Positions 25,796 through 36,957 of a DNA stretch of 64,000 bases are shown here, one piece after another; within the stretch, counting starts at the first letter, position 1; the number at the start of each line of letters is the position of its first letter. The translations under genes and the position numbers were made by a program. The notes beneath the pieces are model-generated. The model saw only the letters and a list, made by a program, of their open reading frames with translations, had not been told where the DNA came from and ran no database searches. Source of the stretch: Phycisphaerae bacterium (lineage in GTDB: Bacteria > Planctomycetota > Phycisphaerae > UBA1845 > Fen-1342); the NCBI GenBank assembly GCA_046350315.1, contig JAXMAP010000002.1, forward strand, positions 1,824,390 through 1,888,389, in the 5' to 3' direction.

Positions 25796-26584
25796 TTGAA
25801 CGTGATTTCCATCAATAGCACACAGCTTCATTGCGACTCGTTCGGCGATGGGCCGCCGCTGCTTCTTGTGCACGGGTTTCCGCTCACCGGCGAGATGTGG
25901 CACGGCGTTTCGCTGCGTTTGGCTCACCGCTGGCGATGCATCATTCCGGATCTGCGCGGGCACGGCCGCAGCCCGGCGATCGCCGAGGTTTCGATCGCGC
26001 GTTTCTCCGACGACCTGGCCGAGTTGCTCGACGCGCTGGGCGAATCGCGGCCGGTCGTGCTGATTGGTTTGTCGATGGGCGGCATCATTGGTTTTGAGTT
26101 TTTCCGCCGATATCGCGCTCGATTACGCGCGCTGGTGTTGACGTGTACGCGGGCGAACTCCGAGTCTCCCGAGGGCGCGGCGCGTCGCGAGGCGGTGGCG
26201 GAAGCGGTGCTGCGCGAGGGATCGCGCGCCGCGGTGGACGCGATGATCGAGAACGTCTTCGCGCCGGGCACACCGACGCCGCTGCGGGCGTATTGGCACA
26301 GCGTCATGTGCGCTTGCCCGCCCTTCGGTGTGGCGGCGGCGGCGCGGGCTCTGGCCGGACGGGCGGACTCGCGGCCCACGCTGCCGCAAATCGACATTCC
26401 GACGCTCGTCATCGCCGGCGCTCGCGATTCGATCACGCCCGTCGACACGCTGCGCGAAATCCATGCCGGCATTCGCGGATCGCGACTGGAGATCATCGAA
26501 TCGGCCGGCCACGTGCCGCCGATCGAGGCCTCCGCGGAATTCGCGCGCATCCTGGCCGAGTTTCTCGACGCTCTGCCCGCCTAG
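25796..26584 (+). CDS. Alpha/beta hydrolase fold protein.
   Basis: LLLVHGFPLTGEMW, GLSMGGIIG (GxSxG), C-terminal ...SAGHVPPIE. Confidence 0.75.
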   Translation: MNVISINSTQLHCDSFGDGPPLLLVHGFPLTGEMWHGVSLRLAHRWRCIIPDLRGHGRSPAIAEVSIARFSDDLAELLDALGESRPVVLIGLSMGGIIGFEFFRRYRARLRALVLTCTRANSESPEGAARREAVAEAVLREGSRAAVDAMIENVFAPGTPTPLRAYWHSVMCACPPFGVAAAARALAGRADSRPTLPQIDIPTLVIAGARDSITPVDTLREIHAGIRGSRLEIIESAGHVPPIEASAEFARILAEFLDALPA

Positions 26585-26610
26585 CGGGCCGGAACGAGTC
26601 TGCAACGAGG

Positions 26611-27414
26611 ATGACCATGCCCGCCGAAAACGCGACCGAGCGCTTCTCATCGCGCGTCGAGGACTACATCCGCTACCGCCCGCGCTATCCCAACACGCTG
26701 GTGGAGAGCTTGCGCGACGAATTTGCATTGCGGCCCGAGCACGTCATCGCCGACATCGGCGCCGGCACGGGGATCTCGACTGAGATATTTCTGCGAAACG
26801 GACACGAGGTGTACGCAGTCGAGCCCAACGCCCCGATGCGCGAAGCGGCCGGACGCCTTCTTTCGCGATATGGCCGGTTCCACAACGTCGATGGACGCGC
26901 CGAAGCGACAACGCTGCCGGATCGGAGCGTCGACTGGATCATCGCCGGACAGGCGTTTCACTGGTTCGACGTCGACGCCGCGGCGCGCGAGTTTTCGCGC
27001 GTTCTTCGGTTGCCGCCAAACTCGAACACGTCGCACGTCGCGCTGTTCTGGAACAACCGGCGCGAGGACACGCTGTTCCTGGCCGCGTTCGAGGAATTTC
27101 TGCGGGCGTTTGCGACCGACTATGAGCAGGTGAAGCATCAGAATATCGAGAGCGACGGAAGGCTGGATCGGTTTTTCGCGCAGCGGCCGGCGTTTCGACG
27201 CTTCGACAACGAGCAGGTCTTCGATCTGGACGGAGTGTGCGGAAGGACACTCTCGTCGTCGTACATGCCCGGTCGCGATCACCCGCGCTACGCGGCGATG
27301 ATGATGGCGCTCGACGCGCTCTTTCAGCGGCACGCCGAGAACGGCAAGGTGCGTTTCCTCTACCACACGCACCTGTACGTTGGAAGCGTGCGGCCCGCAG
27401 CGCTGCGGGTTTAG
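26611..27414 (+). CDS. Class I SAM-dependent methyltransferase.
   Basis: Start MTMPAENATE. Motif I IADIGAGTGIST. The ORF-table start 26143 overlaps the preceding gene and is rejected. Confidence 0.7.
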   Translation: MTMPAENATERFSSRVEDYIRYRPRYPNTLVESLRDEFALRPEHVIADIGAGTGISTEIFLRNGHEVYAVEPNAPMREAAGRLLSRYGRFHNVDGRAEATTLPDRSVDWIIAGQAFHWFDVDAAAREFSRVLRLPPNSNTSHVALFWNNRREDTLFLAAFEEFLRAFATDYEQVKHQNIESDGRLDRFFAQRPAFRRFDNEQVFDLDGVCGRTLSSSYMPGRDHPRYAAMMMALDALFQRHAENGKVRFLYHTHLYVGSVRPAALRV

Positions 27415-27583
27415 CCTAGACCGGATTCATTTCTCGCGTAGCGTCGGACGTCTGCGTCCGACGCCGAATTCTGCGTCGGGCACGGCGGTCCGACGCTACG
27501 GAAGACCTGAGTCTGCACTAGCCGCGCTGCCGTTCTTCCGAAAAGAGTCGGGCGCTGGCGCAGGGGCCGCGTTGAAAGCCTCG

Positions 27584-30283
27584 CTACGCATCCCGTAGCG
27601 CCGCTTCAAACAATCGCTTGCCCGCCAACGAAAAGTAGAAGCCCGCCAGCGCTTGCACCGCGACGGCCGCGACCACGATCTGCCCGGCGACGACGTGCCA
27701 TTCCGCGACATGCATCGTCAGCGGCGCACTCTGCAACGCGACATACGTCATGAACATCGCCGTGCCGGCAAGCAGTCCGCCCCGTAGCGGCGTAAGCACC
27801 CAGAACGCCGCCCCAACCAAGGCAAACGGAATCGACGCCACCCAGTGTTGTCCGGCCATCCCGAACGCGAGGCCGACAAACGCGATCGCGATCACCGCCG
27901 CCAACCATTCGCGCCGAAGCACGATGGTCAGAAAACTCGCAAACCCAAAGAACACCGCGCAGTTGAACAGGCCGGTGATCGGCATGGACAAGAAGAGCGT
28001 CATCGCATCGCGCAACGAAAACGCGCTCTCCAGCGCCGCCCCGACGCGCGGCGGATCGGCTGGCCAATTCATCCAATAAGCGGTCAGAAGCGGCACGCGG
28101 TCGCACAGCAGCAGGACGACGCCCGCGGTCGTGCCCAGCAGCGCGTCGCGCGCCACCAGCGGATCCGTGAACCGCCCGGCCAGCAGACGCGTCCAGCCGA
28201 TCAGGCGTTGCGGCGCGCGGCGACGGATCATCGGTTCGACCGCCATGTACGTGAGCCACAGCGTGCCCGCCAGGAAGAACTGCGGCCCCAGCGACTCGAC
28301 CAGCTTTTGGAGCATCAGGCGCGGCGGGCCGGCTGGGTGAGCGGAAAACGCCCAGGCCGCCGTGCCGCTGCAGACGGCGAATACCGCCAAACGCATCGCA
28401 CCGCGGCGATCGCCGCGCCCCAGCCGCAGGTTGCGCATGGCGAGTGCTCCAGCGGCGATGAGTGTGCCGAGGACCATGATCACAACCAGCGCGCTGCTGA
28501 GAGTGATGCGCGTGGCCGTGTCGCTCGAATCGGAACGCGTCGGCTCGGTCCAAGGACCAATCACGCGCACGAACGAAATCCGCCCACTTAGCGCTCCGGC
28601 CTCTACACGCAGAGCGTCTGCCGCCTCGCCGCGCTGCCGCCAGGCTGCGCGCGTGTCGCAGTACGTGCTGGGCGTCCATTCGGGTTCGACTGTGTCGAAC
28701 TCCGAGAACTCAAGTCCCGCCGCCGCGAATAGTGGGCGCCAATCGACCGTCTGCACGGGCTCACTGGTTGGGCTTTGGTCGGATGGAATCGCCTTCAGGG
28801 TCCACAAGTGTCCGCGTGTATCCAGCCGCATGCGGATTTCGCCGCTCACCTGCATGGGCGGATCCTCGGCCCCGACCTGCGCGGATGTCCCGACCGGAAT
28901 GAGCTCGCGCGGGCTCTGGCGATACCACAGGCCGATCATCGGCACGCCGCCGCTGCGAAATGTCGTCCAATCGCGCGGATTCGGATGCATCGCGTGCGCG
29001 AAGCGAACTGCCGCCGAATCGGCGTAGAATCGCGCGTCCCAGTCAGTCGGCGGATCGCCGTAACCGAACGAGCGAATCACCTCGCGCGCCCGATCGACCA
29101 GCACTGCCGTCGGCTTTTCGAACGGCACCAGGTGGATCAGGTCAAAGCGGTCGTTGATGGCGGCCGTGGCGAGCATTCCGCCGATCGCGATCAGGATGCA
29201 AGTCGCGCCGACGCGCGGGCGCAGCACGCCGCTCTCCTGCGCGGCGGCGACCAACTCGGGTGACGGTGTCTCGCCGGCGGCGAGCGCGGCCGCGAGGGGA
29301 TCGCCGCCGGGCAGCGCCGCGGCGACGAGCACGGCGGACGCCGGGCGGCGTTCCGGCGCTTTGTCGAGGCAGCGCAGGACGACCGCGGCGATCGCCGGAT
29401 CAAGCTCGCGGACGATCGTGGACGGGTCGCGCGGCGTACGCGCGTCGTGGAGTCGCGACAGTTCCGCCAGCGTTTCGGCGCGGTAGGCGCGCTGTCCGGT
29501 GAAGATCTCGTAGAGCACCAAGCCCAGCGCGAAGACGTCACTGCGTACGGAGACTTCGCGTCCGGCGAGTTGCTCGGGCGCCATGTACGCCGGAGTCCCG
29601 GCCTGCACGCCGTATGGCCCGGCGCGATCCGCCACGCCGGCCAGACCGAAATCGGTGATCCGTGCCCGCCCGCGCCCATCGATCATGACATTGCTGGGCT
29701 TCAGGTCGCGGTGCAGAACACCGGAGTCGTGCGCGGCCGCCAATCCCGCGCAAAGCTGGCGGGCGAGCTCGAGGCCCTTGTCCTGCGGCAGACGGCCGAT
29801 CCGTTTCAACAGCGAAGCGAGGTTCTCGCCGTCGATGTACTCCATCGTCAGAAATGGGAATCCCTCGGCCTCGGCGATGTCGTACACGCGGCAGACGTTG
29901 GGATGCGCGACCTGCCGCGCGACGCGCACTTCGTAACGCAGCTCCTCGATTCGGCCGGCGTCCCGAGCCGCCTCGCCGGTCAGCAGTTTGATCGCGATGG
30001 TCTGTCCGAGCGTCAGGTCATCGGCCCTGTACACTTCGCCCATGCCGCCGCGGCCGAGCAACTCGATAATGCAATATCGATCATTGAGCATGTATCCGGG
30101 TGGAAAGCGGCCGCGGTCGACGAACGAGGAGTCGCGAGAGGGCGATTGACCGCCGCTAAGTGGCGTCGTGGCGGAACGTGGCGGTTGGCGGCTCGGCGAG
30201 GGTCTCGTCTCGTCCATGACGCCGATCTTACAAGCCGCGGCACGAGTGGTGCAGTACGGCGAGCGGCGATCATGAGTCGTCAC
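27584..30283 (-). CDS. Ser/Thr protein kinase with a large C-terminal polytopic membrane domain.
   Basis: Kinase subdomains GRGGMGEVYRA, AIKLL, HRDLKPSNVMI, DFGLA, APE. ~550 aa of hydrophobic TM-rich sequence follow. Confidence 0.8.
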   Translation of the reverse strand: MTTHDRRSPYCTTRAAACKIGVMDETRPSPSRQPPRSATTPLSGGQSPSRDSSFVDRGRFPPGYMLNDRYCIIELLGRGGMGEVYRADDLTLGQTIAIKLLTGEAARDAGRIEELRYEVRVARQVAHPNVCRVYDIAEAEGFPFLTMEYIDGENLASLLKRIGRLPQDKGLELARQLCAGLAAAHDSGVLHRDLKPSNVMIDGRGRARITDFGLAGVADRAGPYGVQAGTPAYMAPEQLAGREVSVRSDVFALGLVLYEIFTGQRAYRAETLAELSRLHDARTPRDPSTIVRELDPAIAAVVLRCLDKAPERRPASAVLVAAALPGGDPLAAALAAGETPSPELVAAAQESGVLRPRVGATCILIAIGGMLATAAINDRFDLIHLVPFEKPTAVLVDRAREVIRSFGYGDPPTDWDARFYADSAAVRFAHAMHPNPRDWTTFRSGGVPMIGLWYRQSPRELIPVGTSAQVGAEDPPMQVSGEIRMRLDTRGHLWTLKAIPSDQSPTSEPVQTVDWRPLFAAAGLEFSEFDTVEPEWTPSTYCDTRAAWRQRGEAADALRVEAGALSGRISFVRVIGPWTEPTRSDSSDTATRITLSSALVVIMVLGTLIAAGALAMRNLRLGRGDRRGAMRLAVFAVCSGTAAWAFSAHPAGPPRLMLQKLVESLGPQFFLAGTLWLTYMAVEPMIRRRAPQRLIGWTRLLAGRFTDPLVARDALLGTTAGVVLLLCDRVPLLTAYWMNWPADPPRVGAALESAFSLRDAMTLFLSMPITGLFNCAVFFGFASFLTIVLRREWLAAVIAIAFVGLAFGMAGQHWVASIPFALVGAAFWVLTPLRGGLLAGTAMFMTYVALQSAPLTMHVAEWHVVAGQIVVAAVAVQALAGFYFSLAGKRLFEAALRDA

Positions 30284-30412
30284 AGCCTCGGCGCTGGCCG
30301 TCCAGTCCAGGGCCGTCGGACAGCGGTCGGGCCAGTGCGTTGACTCTGGCTCGGCGATGCGGCGTGGCTCGAATTCCAGGTCGACCGCTTCCTTGCGGGC
30401 GCGGCTCTGGCA

Positions 30413-30796
30413 TTACTGGCGCGATTCGGATGGCGCCTCCAGCAGCGCCCAGTCCGGCTCGCTCCAGCTCAGCAAGCGCCCCTCCGCGGCGGAGAAGACC
30501 AGCACACCGCGGATGCGTTGCCCGGGCGTTGTCGATTCGTATTCGTAAACCCAGCGCTCATGGCCATCGCGCGCTTCCGCAACGGGCGGCTCAATGCGCA
30601 GCGGTTCGCCAAGCAATGCGCGGGACTCGCGACGCGTTAGGTCCCGGCGAATCGCCCGCCAGCGCGCCAGCAGCGGCGTTTCGCGCGTAACCGATTGAAT
30701 CGCGGTCAATCGCGCGCCGCACTGGCGACAGAACTTCGCCAGCGCGGTGTTCGGTGCGCCGCAGCGCGAGCAGGGTTGGACGGTGTTCGAGGTCAT
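30413..30796 (-). CDS. Zinc-ribbon domain hypothetical protein.
   Basis: CSRCGAPNTALAKFCRQCGARL double CxxC. Downstream of and co-oriented with the flotillin gene. Confidence 0.4.
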   Translation of the reverse strand: MTSNTVQPCSRCGAPNTALAKFCRQCGARLTAIQSVTRETPLLARWRAIRRDLTRRESRALLGEPLRIEPPVAEARDGHERWVYEYESTTPGQRIRGVLVFSAAEGRLLSWSEPDWALLEAPSESRQ

Positions 30797-30967
30797 TCAA
30801 GATTCCGCGACGACCGGCATGGCCGCCAACGGCCGCGGCCATGCCACCTCCGCCGTCATGCCACCTCCGCCGTCGTGCCACCTCCGCCGCCATGCCACTT
30901 CATGCCACCCCGTGTCACCCCGATGCGGCCTGTCCCGCTGACGCCGACACGCAGGCTTCCTTCAGCC

Positions 30968-33034
30968 TCATTTCTTGGTCAGCGTGGTTCGCAACTCGCG
31001 CCGAAGCTGCTCCGCTTCCGGCCGGCGTTCCGGCGGGGCCTCAAGCTTCAGATCCTGCCCGAGTTTGTCTGACAAGAGCAGCGTGAGTAACGCCTCCATT
31101 ACGTTTTGCGTGCCGCCGCCGGCGCCGCCGCCGCCGGGTTGACCGCCGATCACGATCTTAGGCACCACATCGACGCCCGACTGCTGAATCGCCTCGGCGA
31201 ATCGCGCCATCACCTGCTGGGTGAGCTGGAACTGCGGCCCGCCATAGGCGCGGACCTGCTCTTCGATCGCGATCGCCTGCGCCACGCCGACGCGCGCGGC
31301 GCGCTGCGCCTCGGCTTCGCCCAGCGCGGCGACTTTCGCCGCCTCGGCTTCCGCCAGCGCGCGAATTCGGGCCGCCTCGGCCTCGGCGACCGTCCGCATC
31401 TGCTGTGCCTGCTGAACGGCGCGCTGGTATTCGGCCTTGCCCTGGTTGCTCTGCACGGTGATCGCCAGCTCACTTTCGGTAAGCTGCTGCTGCTGGCGAG
31501 CCCGCGCTTCGGCCTCGCGCAGCTCGCGCTCCTTCAGCGCGGCGGTCTCCTGCCGGCCGTAGGTTTCGACTTGCTCGAGGGCGATTTGCCGCGTGCGGAG
31601 CTGCGTCAGAATGTCCTCGATGCGCGTATCGCCGGAAGAGGAGGTCGGCGTTCCGATCAACACTTCCTCCAGCTCCAGGTTGTAGTGCGCGAATTTCTCG
31701 CGCATCTCCTCGCCCGCCAGTTTCTGGATCATGGCGCGGTCTTGCAGGAGTTGAATCAGCGTGCGCGTTTGTCCGATGTTCTTGAAATACGCCGACACCA
31801 TCGGGTCGAGCGTCTGCTCCACCAGCCGCTTCACGTCGCCAAAACGCTGCACGACCAGAGGCGCCTTGCGATAGTCGATGTGCACGACCACCGACAGCGG
31901 CAACGACGGCTCGAACGCGTCCTTGGTGATCAGCGACACTTCTCGCAGGTTCTCGTCGTACTTGTGCGCGCCGGCTTCGCTGCGAATCCACTTCAGAATG
32001 AAATTCGTGGTCGGCACCATCAGCACGCGGCCGGCGTAGGTGTTGAACGCGTACTTGCCCGGCAGCAGCGCTTCGCTCCACACGCCGCGCTGCCCGCGCT
32101 GCACTAATTCCCCGTGCTTGTATTCGACGCCCGATAGGTCCTGGCCGGTTTCGCCGGTGTACGACACGACCACGCCGACGCTGCCGACCTCGACAATCGT
32201 CTTGTCGATCATCTCGACCGTCGCGAACAGGCGGTTGAGGTAGTACGTGCCGTCGACCAGCACCTGCAATTGCCGCCCGCGGCGTCCGCCTGCCTTCAGG
32301 AACTTCTCGGGATCCTGGAAGTTGTTGTGGAACGACTTGGCGTCCGACTGATCGGCGCCGACGACCGGCGCGATGATCTCGCCGGCCGGCAATGCTGGGC
32401 CGTCGTGGATCGTCACGATGCCGATCATGTCGTCGCTGCCCTTGATGACGACGGGCGTAAAACCGTCGCGCGCGGCGATTTCGGCCTGCATTTTGGCGAA
32501 TAACGTGCGGTCGCCGGCGTCCAGGGCCATGAAGTACAGGTGGTCCTTGGTGATGACGCAAAACTGCGCCAGGTTGACCGCGTACGTGCCCTCACGCAGG
32601 ATCTGCCGCTGCGGACCGCGCTGTCCGCCGGCGCGCAGAAACTCCAGCACGTCCTCGAATTGGTGCGCCGTCTCGTTCGAAGCCAGCGTCTGCGACGGAG
32701 CCAGCGGCGCTCCATCACGCGCGAATAAGTAGCCGATCTGGCCTTGCGGAATCGTCACCAGCGGCGTGCTGTGAACGCGAAACTGAAGCGGCGTTAGAAT
32801 GTGAAGCCCGCCGCGCAGCACGTTGGGTTGATAGCCCGCCTCGCCGTTGCGCGCGATGAAGCCGCTGTCGACGGAGCCGCGCCGGCTCCAGCGCTTCTCG
32901 ACCACGCCGACACGTGTGTTCGGGATGAAACGCACACCCGAAAGCACCACGCCGATCGCCGCAACGACGATCAGGCCGACAATCCACATCAGCAGAATCG
33001 GCGTCGAAATCGTAAGAGGAATGGCCGCAAACAT
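30968..33034 (-). CDS. Flotillin / SPFH (band 7) family protein.
   Basis: N-terminal TM helix. SPFH core. Long A/E-rich coiled coil (AEAEAARIRALAEAEAAKVAALGEAEAQRAARVG) typical of bacterial flotillins (YqiK/FloA-like). Confidence 0.8.
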   Translation of the reverse strand: MFAAIPLTISTPILLMWIVGLIVVAAIGVVLSGVRFIPNTRVGVVEKRWSRRGSVDSGFIARNGEAGYQPNVLRGGLHILTPLQFRVHSTPLVTIPQGQIGYLFARDGAPLAPSQTLASNETAHQFEDVLEFLRAGGQRGPQRQILREGTYAVNLAQFCVITKDHLYFMALDAGDRTLFAKMQAEIAARDGFTPVVIKGSDDMIGIVTIHDGPALPAGEIIAPVVGADQSDAKSFHNNFQDPEKFLKAGGRRGRQLQVLVDGTYYLNRLFATVEMIDKTIVEVGSVGVVVSYTGETGQDLSGVEYKHGELVQRGQRGVWSEALLPGKYAFNTYAGRVLMVPTTNFILKWIRSEAGAHKYDENLREVSLITKDAFEPSLPLSVVVHIDYRKAPLVVQRFGDVKRLVEQTLDPMVSAYFKNIGQTRTLIQLLQDRAMIQKLAGEEMREKFAHYNLELEEVLIGTPTSSSGDTRIEDILTQLRTRQIALEQVETYGRQETAALKERELREAEARARQQQQLTESELAITVQSNQGKAEYQRAVQQAQQMRTVAEAEAARIRALAEAEAAKVAALGEAEAQRAARVGVAQAIAIEEQVRAYGGPQFQLTQQVMARFAEAIQQSGVDVVPKIVIGGQPGGGGAGGGTQNVMEALLTLLLSDKLGQDLKLEAPPERRPEAEQLRRELRTTLTKK

Positions 33035-33547
33035 GAGTCATACTCCTGCCGAAGCCGAGCCGCGGCTCGGCGTTCGGTGGTTGGGCCCGGTGCGCCAAGC
33101 ACCCGGCTCGGACCGGACGGTTTGCCTCGCTTGGCGCGAGGCGATCCGATTCGTAGTTCGTTGATCGCGAAGCCGCCGCGACCGCTGTCGCGGGCGAAAG
33201 CGCGCGTTGCTATGGCGTGTGCCGCATGGCGTGCCTCCAGCGTCGCCTACGAGGTTAGCTGACGGGCTCGCGGCGCTAGATCCGCGTCCGCCGGTCTTTC
33301 GGCGGATTCGCCCCTGCGGCGACCTCTCGTACACCGAGTGATCGGCCACGTTGGGTTCCCCGTTGCCGCAAACTTCGCGGCATTCGGCGATCTTCATACA
33401 TGAAACAACATAACACGATTCGGCGCGGGAGCAATCCGCTCGAGCGGAATGTCCCATAATAGCCGCTGGAATGATCGCAGAATGGGCCCTGTTCCAAACT
33501 CCGAACGGTTTGGTACTGCATGGTGCTGGCTGTCGAGCGCGCGAATC

Positions 33548-34318
33548 TCACGCAATCGCGCGTAACACCGCCGGCAGAAGCGCAGGCGTGGTTGCGATCG
33601 ACTCGGCGGCATCGTGCGTCGTGCGCCCGGTCCAATCCGTGAAAGTCCCGCCGGCCTCGAGCAGACACGGCAGCAGCGCGGCGCAGTCCCAGATCGCCAT
33701 CTTCGGGTCGAGCACGATTTCCGCGCGGCCCGTCGCGACGAGTGCATACGCGTAGCCGTCGCACCAACTGCGGTGATTCAGGCACGCACGACGAAGCTGC
33801 TCGAATGCCGGGCCGCGGCTGGTCTTGTCGAACATCTTGCCGCCGCCGGTCAGCAGCGTGGCGCGGTCCAGTGTCGTCACGTCGGAAACGCGCGCCCTGC
33901 GGCCGTTGCAGTAGCAGCCCAGCCCGCGCGCGGCATACACGGTTTCGTTCAGCGCGGGCAAGTGGATGACGCCGGCCAACACCTCGCCGCGCCACTCGAA
34001 GCCGATCAGCACGCTGTACAGCGGCACGCCGTGAATGAACGAAAACGTGCCGTCGATGGGGTCGAGAATCCAGCGCGCCGGCTCCGCGCCGCGCTCTTCG
34101 CCGAATTCCTCGCCGAGAATGCCGTGCCTGGGAAACGCCGCCGCGATGTGCTCGCGCAGCAGCCGCTCGGCGTTGCGATCGGCGACGGTCACCGGCGAGC
34201 TGTCAGACTTGATCTCGTGCGGCGTGCCGACGTTGAAGTAGCCCAATGTCAACGCACCGGCGGCGTGTGCGGCGTCGACGGCGAAATCGAGGATTTCGCG
34301 GAGATTCGGAGGTTGCAT
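33548..34318 (-). CDS. Inositol monophosphatase family protein (IMPase/CysQ/HisN-like).
   Basis: ILGEEFGEE, DPIDGTFSFIHGVPLYSVLIG, WDCAA motifs. Start taken at MQPPNLREILDFAV (internal Met of the ORF-table ORF). Confidence 0.75.
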   Translation of the reverse strand: MQPPNLREILDFAVDAAHAAGALTLGYFNVGTPHEIKSDSSPVTVADRNAERLLREHIAAAFPRHGILGEEFGEERGAEPARWILDPIDGTFSFIHGVPLYSVLIGFEWRGEVLAGVIHLPALNETVYAARGLGCYCNGRRARVSDVTTLDRATLLTGGGKMFDKTSRGPAFEQLRRACLNHRSWCDGYAYALVATGRAEIVLDPKMAIWDCAALLPCLLEAGGTFTDWTGRTTHDAAESIATTPALLPAVLRAIA

Positions 34319-34475
34319 GGAGTGAAGCGTAGCGACATGCGCCCCGTGGGGTAAGACTTGCCGAGCACGCTGGCAATGCGTGATGCGCTGCCCTACGATT
34401 CGGCGCGAAGTGCGTCGTGCGTTCGCGGACGCACTTGAACGAGCCATCTACCTGCTTCGGCCATCGGGAGCGCGC

Positions 34476-35198
34476 GTGTCGCAGCCGCAATATCGCCGAA
34501 TTCTGCTCAAGATCAGCGGAGAAGGATTCTGCCCGCGCGGCGGCTTCGGCATTCACCGCGCCGAACTGGACCGCATCGCGAACGAGATTCATGAGGTCAA
34601 GGCGCTCGGCGTGCAGATCGCGGTAGTGGTGGGAGGGGGGAACTTCATGCGCGGCGCCAACTTCGCCGAGGAGTTGGGGATCGAGCTCGCCACCGCCGAC
34701 TACATGGGAATGCTGGCGACCGTGCTGAACGCGCTGGCGCTTCAGGAGGGTCTGGAGCGGCTGCGCCACGACACGCGCGTCCAAAGCGCGATCTCGATCT
34801 CGCGCGTCTGCGAGCCTTTCATCCGCCGCCGCTGCTTGCGACACCTGGAAAAAGGGCGAATCGTAATTCTGGCCGCGGGCACGGGCAATCCGCACGTGAC
34901 GACCGATTCCTGCGCGGCGCTGCGGGCTTGCGAGCTGAAAGCTGAAGTGCTGATGAAAGCGACGAAGGTCGACGGCGTGTACGACGCCGACCCGGCCAAG
35001 AATCGCGAGGCCAAGCTGTTCGAGCGCGTGACCTACAACCAGGTCATCGACGGCCGGTTGAAGGTGATGGATGTCAGCGCCATCGATGTTTGCCAGCAGC
35101 ACAACGTCCCGATCGTCGTCTTCAACGTTCTCAAGCCCGGCACCATGCGGCGGGTCGTGCTTGGCGAGCGCCTCGGCACCTCCGTCGGCGCAACGTGA
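34476..35198 (+). CDS. pyrH: UMP kinase.
   Basis: YRRILLKISGEGF...VVGGGNFMRG...MGMLATVLNALAL...ILAAGTGNPHVTTD...TKVDGVYDADP. A GTG start at ~34476 gives a ~240-aa product. The ORF-table ATG at 34380 gives an unusual 32-aa extension. Confidence 0.85.
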   Translation: MSQPQYRRILLKISGEGFCPRGGFGIHRAELDRIANEIHEVKALGVQIAVVVGGGNFMRGANFAEELGIELATADYMGMLATVLNALALQEGLERLRHDTRVQSAISISRVCEPFIRRRCLRHLEKGRIVILAAGTGNPHVTTDSCAALRACELKAEVLMKATKVDGVYDADPAKNREAKLFERVTYNQVIDGRLKVMDVSAIDVCQQHNVPIVVFNVLKPGTMRRVVLGERLGTSVGAT

Positions 35199-35206
35199 TT
35201 ACTCAC

Positions 35207-35820
35207 GCGTGAGTCTCGAATTGATCCCGCAGACGCACCCGACAAGTCGCGCGGACGTTCCGAAATTCGATGTCCGGCCCGCGTACCGCCAGCCGCGCCA
35301 ATGGTGGCTCTGGCTCAGCGGCCTGGTCGGAAGCCGCTACGACGGGCTGGCGCATTTCACGGTGGTCGAGCCGGGCGTGCTGATGCGCTGCGGCCAGCCG
35401 CGCGTTAGAGATATTGACGAGATCCGCGGCCTGCATGGATTGCGCACGATCGTCTGCGCCCGCGGCGGCACGCGACATCCGCTGCGCGGGCGATGGTTCC
35501 GCGCCGAGACGCGCTATTGTCGGGATCATGGAATTCGCCTCGAACACATGCCGTTCTCCGACTCCGCCGCGCCGCCCGGGAGCATCTTCGATCGTTTTGT
35601 CGCGGTGATGCGTGACCCGACGTCGCGGCCGGTGTTGGTGCATTGCGAACAGGGATTTCACCGCACCGGCGTTCTCTGCGCGGCGTTTCGAATCGCGGTC
35701 CAGGGTTGGCCGCTTGAGCGCGCGCTGGAGGAGATGGATCGCCACGGCTTTCAGATGCACCGCGAGAAGCGGCAAGGACTGATCCTGGCCCTGCGGAATT
35801 GGTCCGCCAGCGAAAGGTAG
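35207..35820 (+). CDS. Protein-tyrosine/dual-specificity phosphatase-like protein (CX5R active site).
   Basis: VLVHCEQGFHRTGVL P-loop (HCxxGxxRTG). Start uncertain (GTG ~35207). The ORF-table start 35071 overlaps pyrH. Confidence 0.45.
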
Positions 35821-35878
35821 CACAGCCGCCCCCGGCTGCGCACTGCCGCGACGCGCGACTGATTGGAACTGAGCTGCC

Positions 35879-36733
35879 ATGCCCCCACCACTCGGACTGA
35901 TTGCCGGCGCCGGTGAGTTGCCCAAGCTCGTGGCTCGCGGCGCGCGGCGCGCCGGACTGCGCGTCGCCGCCGTCGGGCTGCGCGGCTTCGTCGATCGTGA
36001 CGTTCGCGAATTGGTGGACGAATTCCACGTGCGTGGCGTGGCGCGGCTGGGCGGCTGGATTCGATCGCTTCGCCGCTGCGGCTGCCGCGAAGTCGTCATG
36101 GTGGGGCGCGTGCGGAAGGCGGACATGTTCGCCGGGCCGCGCTGGCGGCAGTGGTTGCAGTACCTGCCGGACCTGACGAGCATACGCGTCTGGTATTTCG
36201 CGACCCGCGACAAGCGTAACGACACGTTGCTGGCCGCGGTCGCCGACGAAATGTCGCGCCACGGGCTGACGATGATCGACTCGACCACGCATATCCGCGA
36301 CGCGCTGGCCGAAGAGGGCGTTCTCGCCGGCGGCTCGCCGCCCGGCGACATGCTGGCCGACGCCGACTTTGCCTGGCCGATTGCCAAGCAGATCGCGGCG
36401 CTGGACGTCGGTCAAGCGGTGGCGGTGAAGGAGCGCGAGATCATCGCCGTCGAAGCGATCGAGGGCACCGACGCGCTGATCGAGCGCACCGGCAAGCTCT
36501 GCCCCGCCGGCGGCTGGACGCTGGTGAAGGTCGCCAAGCCCAATCAGGACATGCGATTCGACGTGCCGACGATCGGTCCACAGACGATCGAGAACCTGCA
36601 CCGCGCCGGGGCGCGCGGGTTGGTCGTCGAGGCTGGCATGACAATCGTGCTCGATCGCGAGAAACTGGCCCAGGCGGCCGGGCGCGCGCGGATTTGCGTC
36701 ATGGCGCGGCGGGGGGCGGCAGGGGGGGCGTGA
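35879..36733 (+). CDS. lpxI: UDP-2,3-diacylglucosamine diphosphatase LpxI (DUF1009).
   Basis: N-terminus MPPPLGLIAGAGELP, conserved central and C-terminal LpxI blocks (AVKEREIIAVEAIEGTDALIERTG). Confidence 0.65.
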   Translation: MPPPLGLIAGAGELPKLVARGARRAGLRVAAVGLRGFVDRDVRELVDEFHVRGVARLGGWIRSLRRCGCREVVMVGRVRKADMFAGPRWRQWLQYLPDLTSIRVWYFATRDKRNDTLLAAVADEMSRHGLTMIDSTTHIRDALAEEGVLAGGSPPGDMLADADFAWPIAKQIAALDVGQAVAVKEREIIAVEAIEGTDALIERTGKLCPAGGWTLVKVAKPNQDMRFDVPTIGPQTIENLHRAGARGLVVEAGMTIVLDREKLAQAAGRARICVMARRGAAGGA

Positions 36734-36957
36734 AACAAAGGCGGCCCGCCGCGGCGCGGCGTCCCTTCGCCCCATTCGGGGCGAGAACCCGCGCACGCTC
36801 GTCGTCCACGGGTTCGCCGCCTACGGCGGCTTCACCCGTGGCTACATTCCGTCGCCCTTCGCGGGGCGAGAATCAGGTCTGGCAAGATTGTCACGCACCC
36901 ACAGGAGGCGCGATTCCCTTACCGCCGCTTCGCGAATCGGGCACAATATGCTCCCGC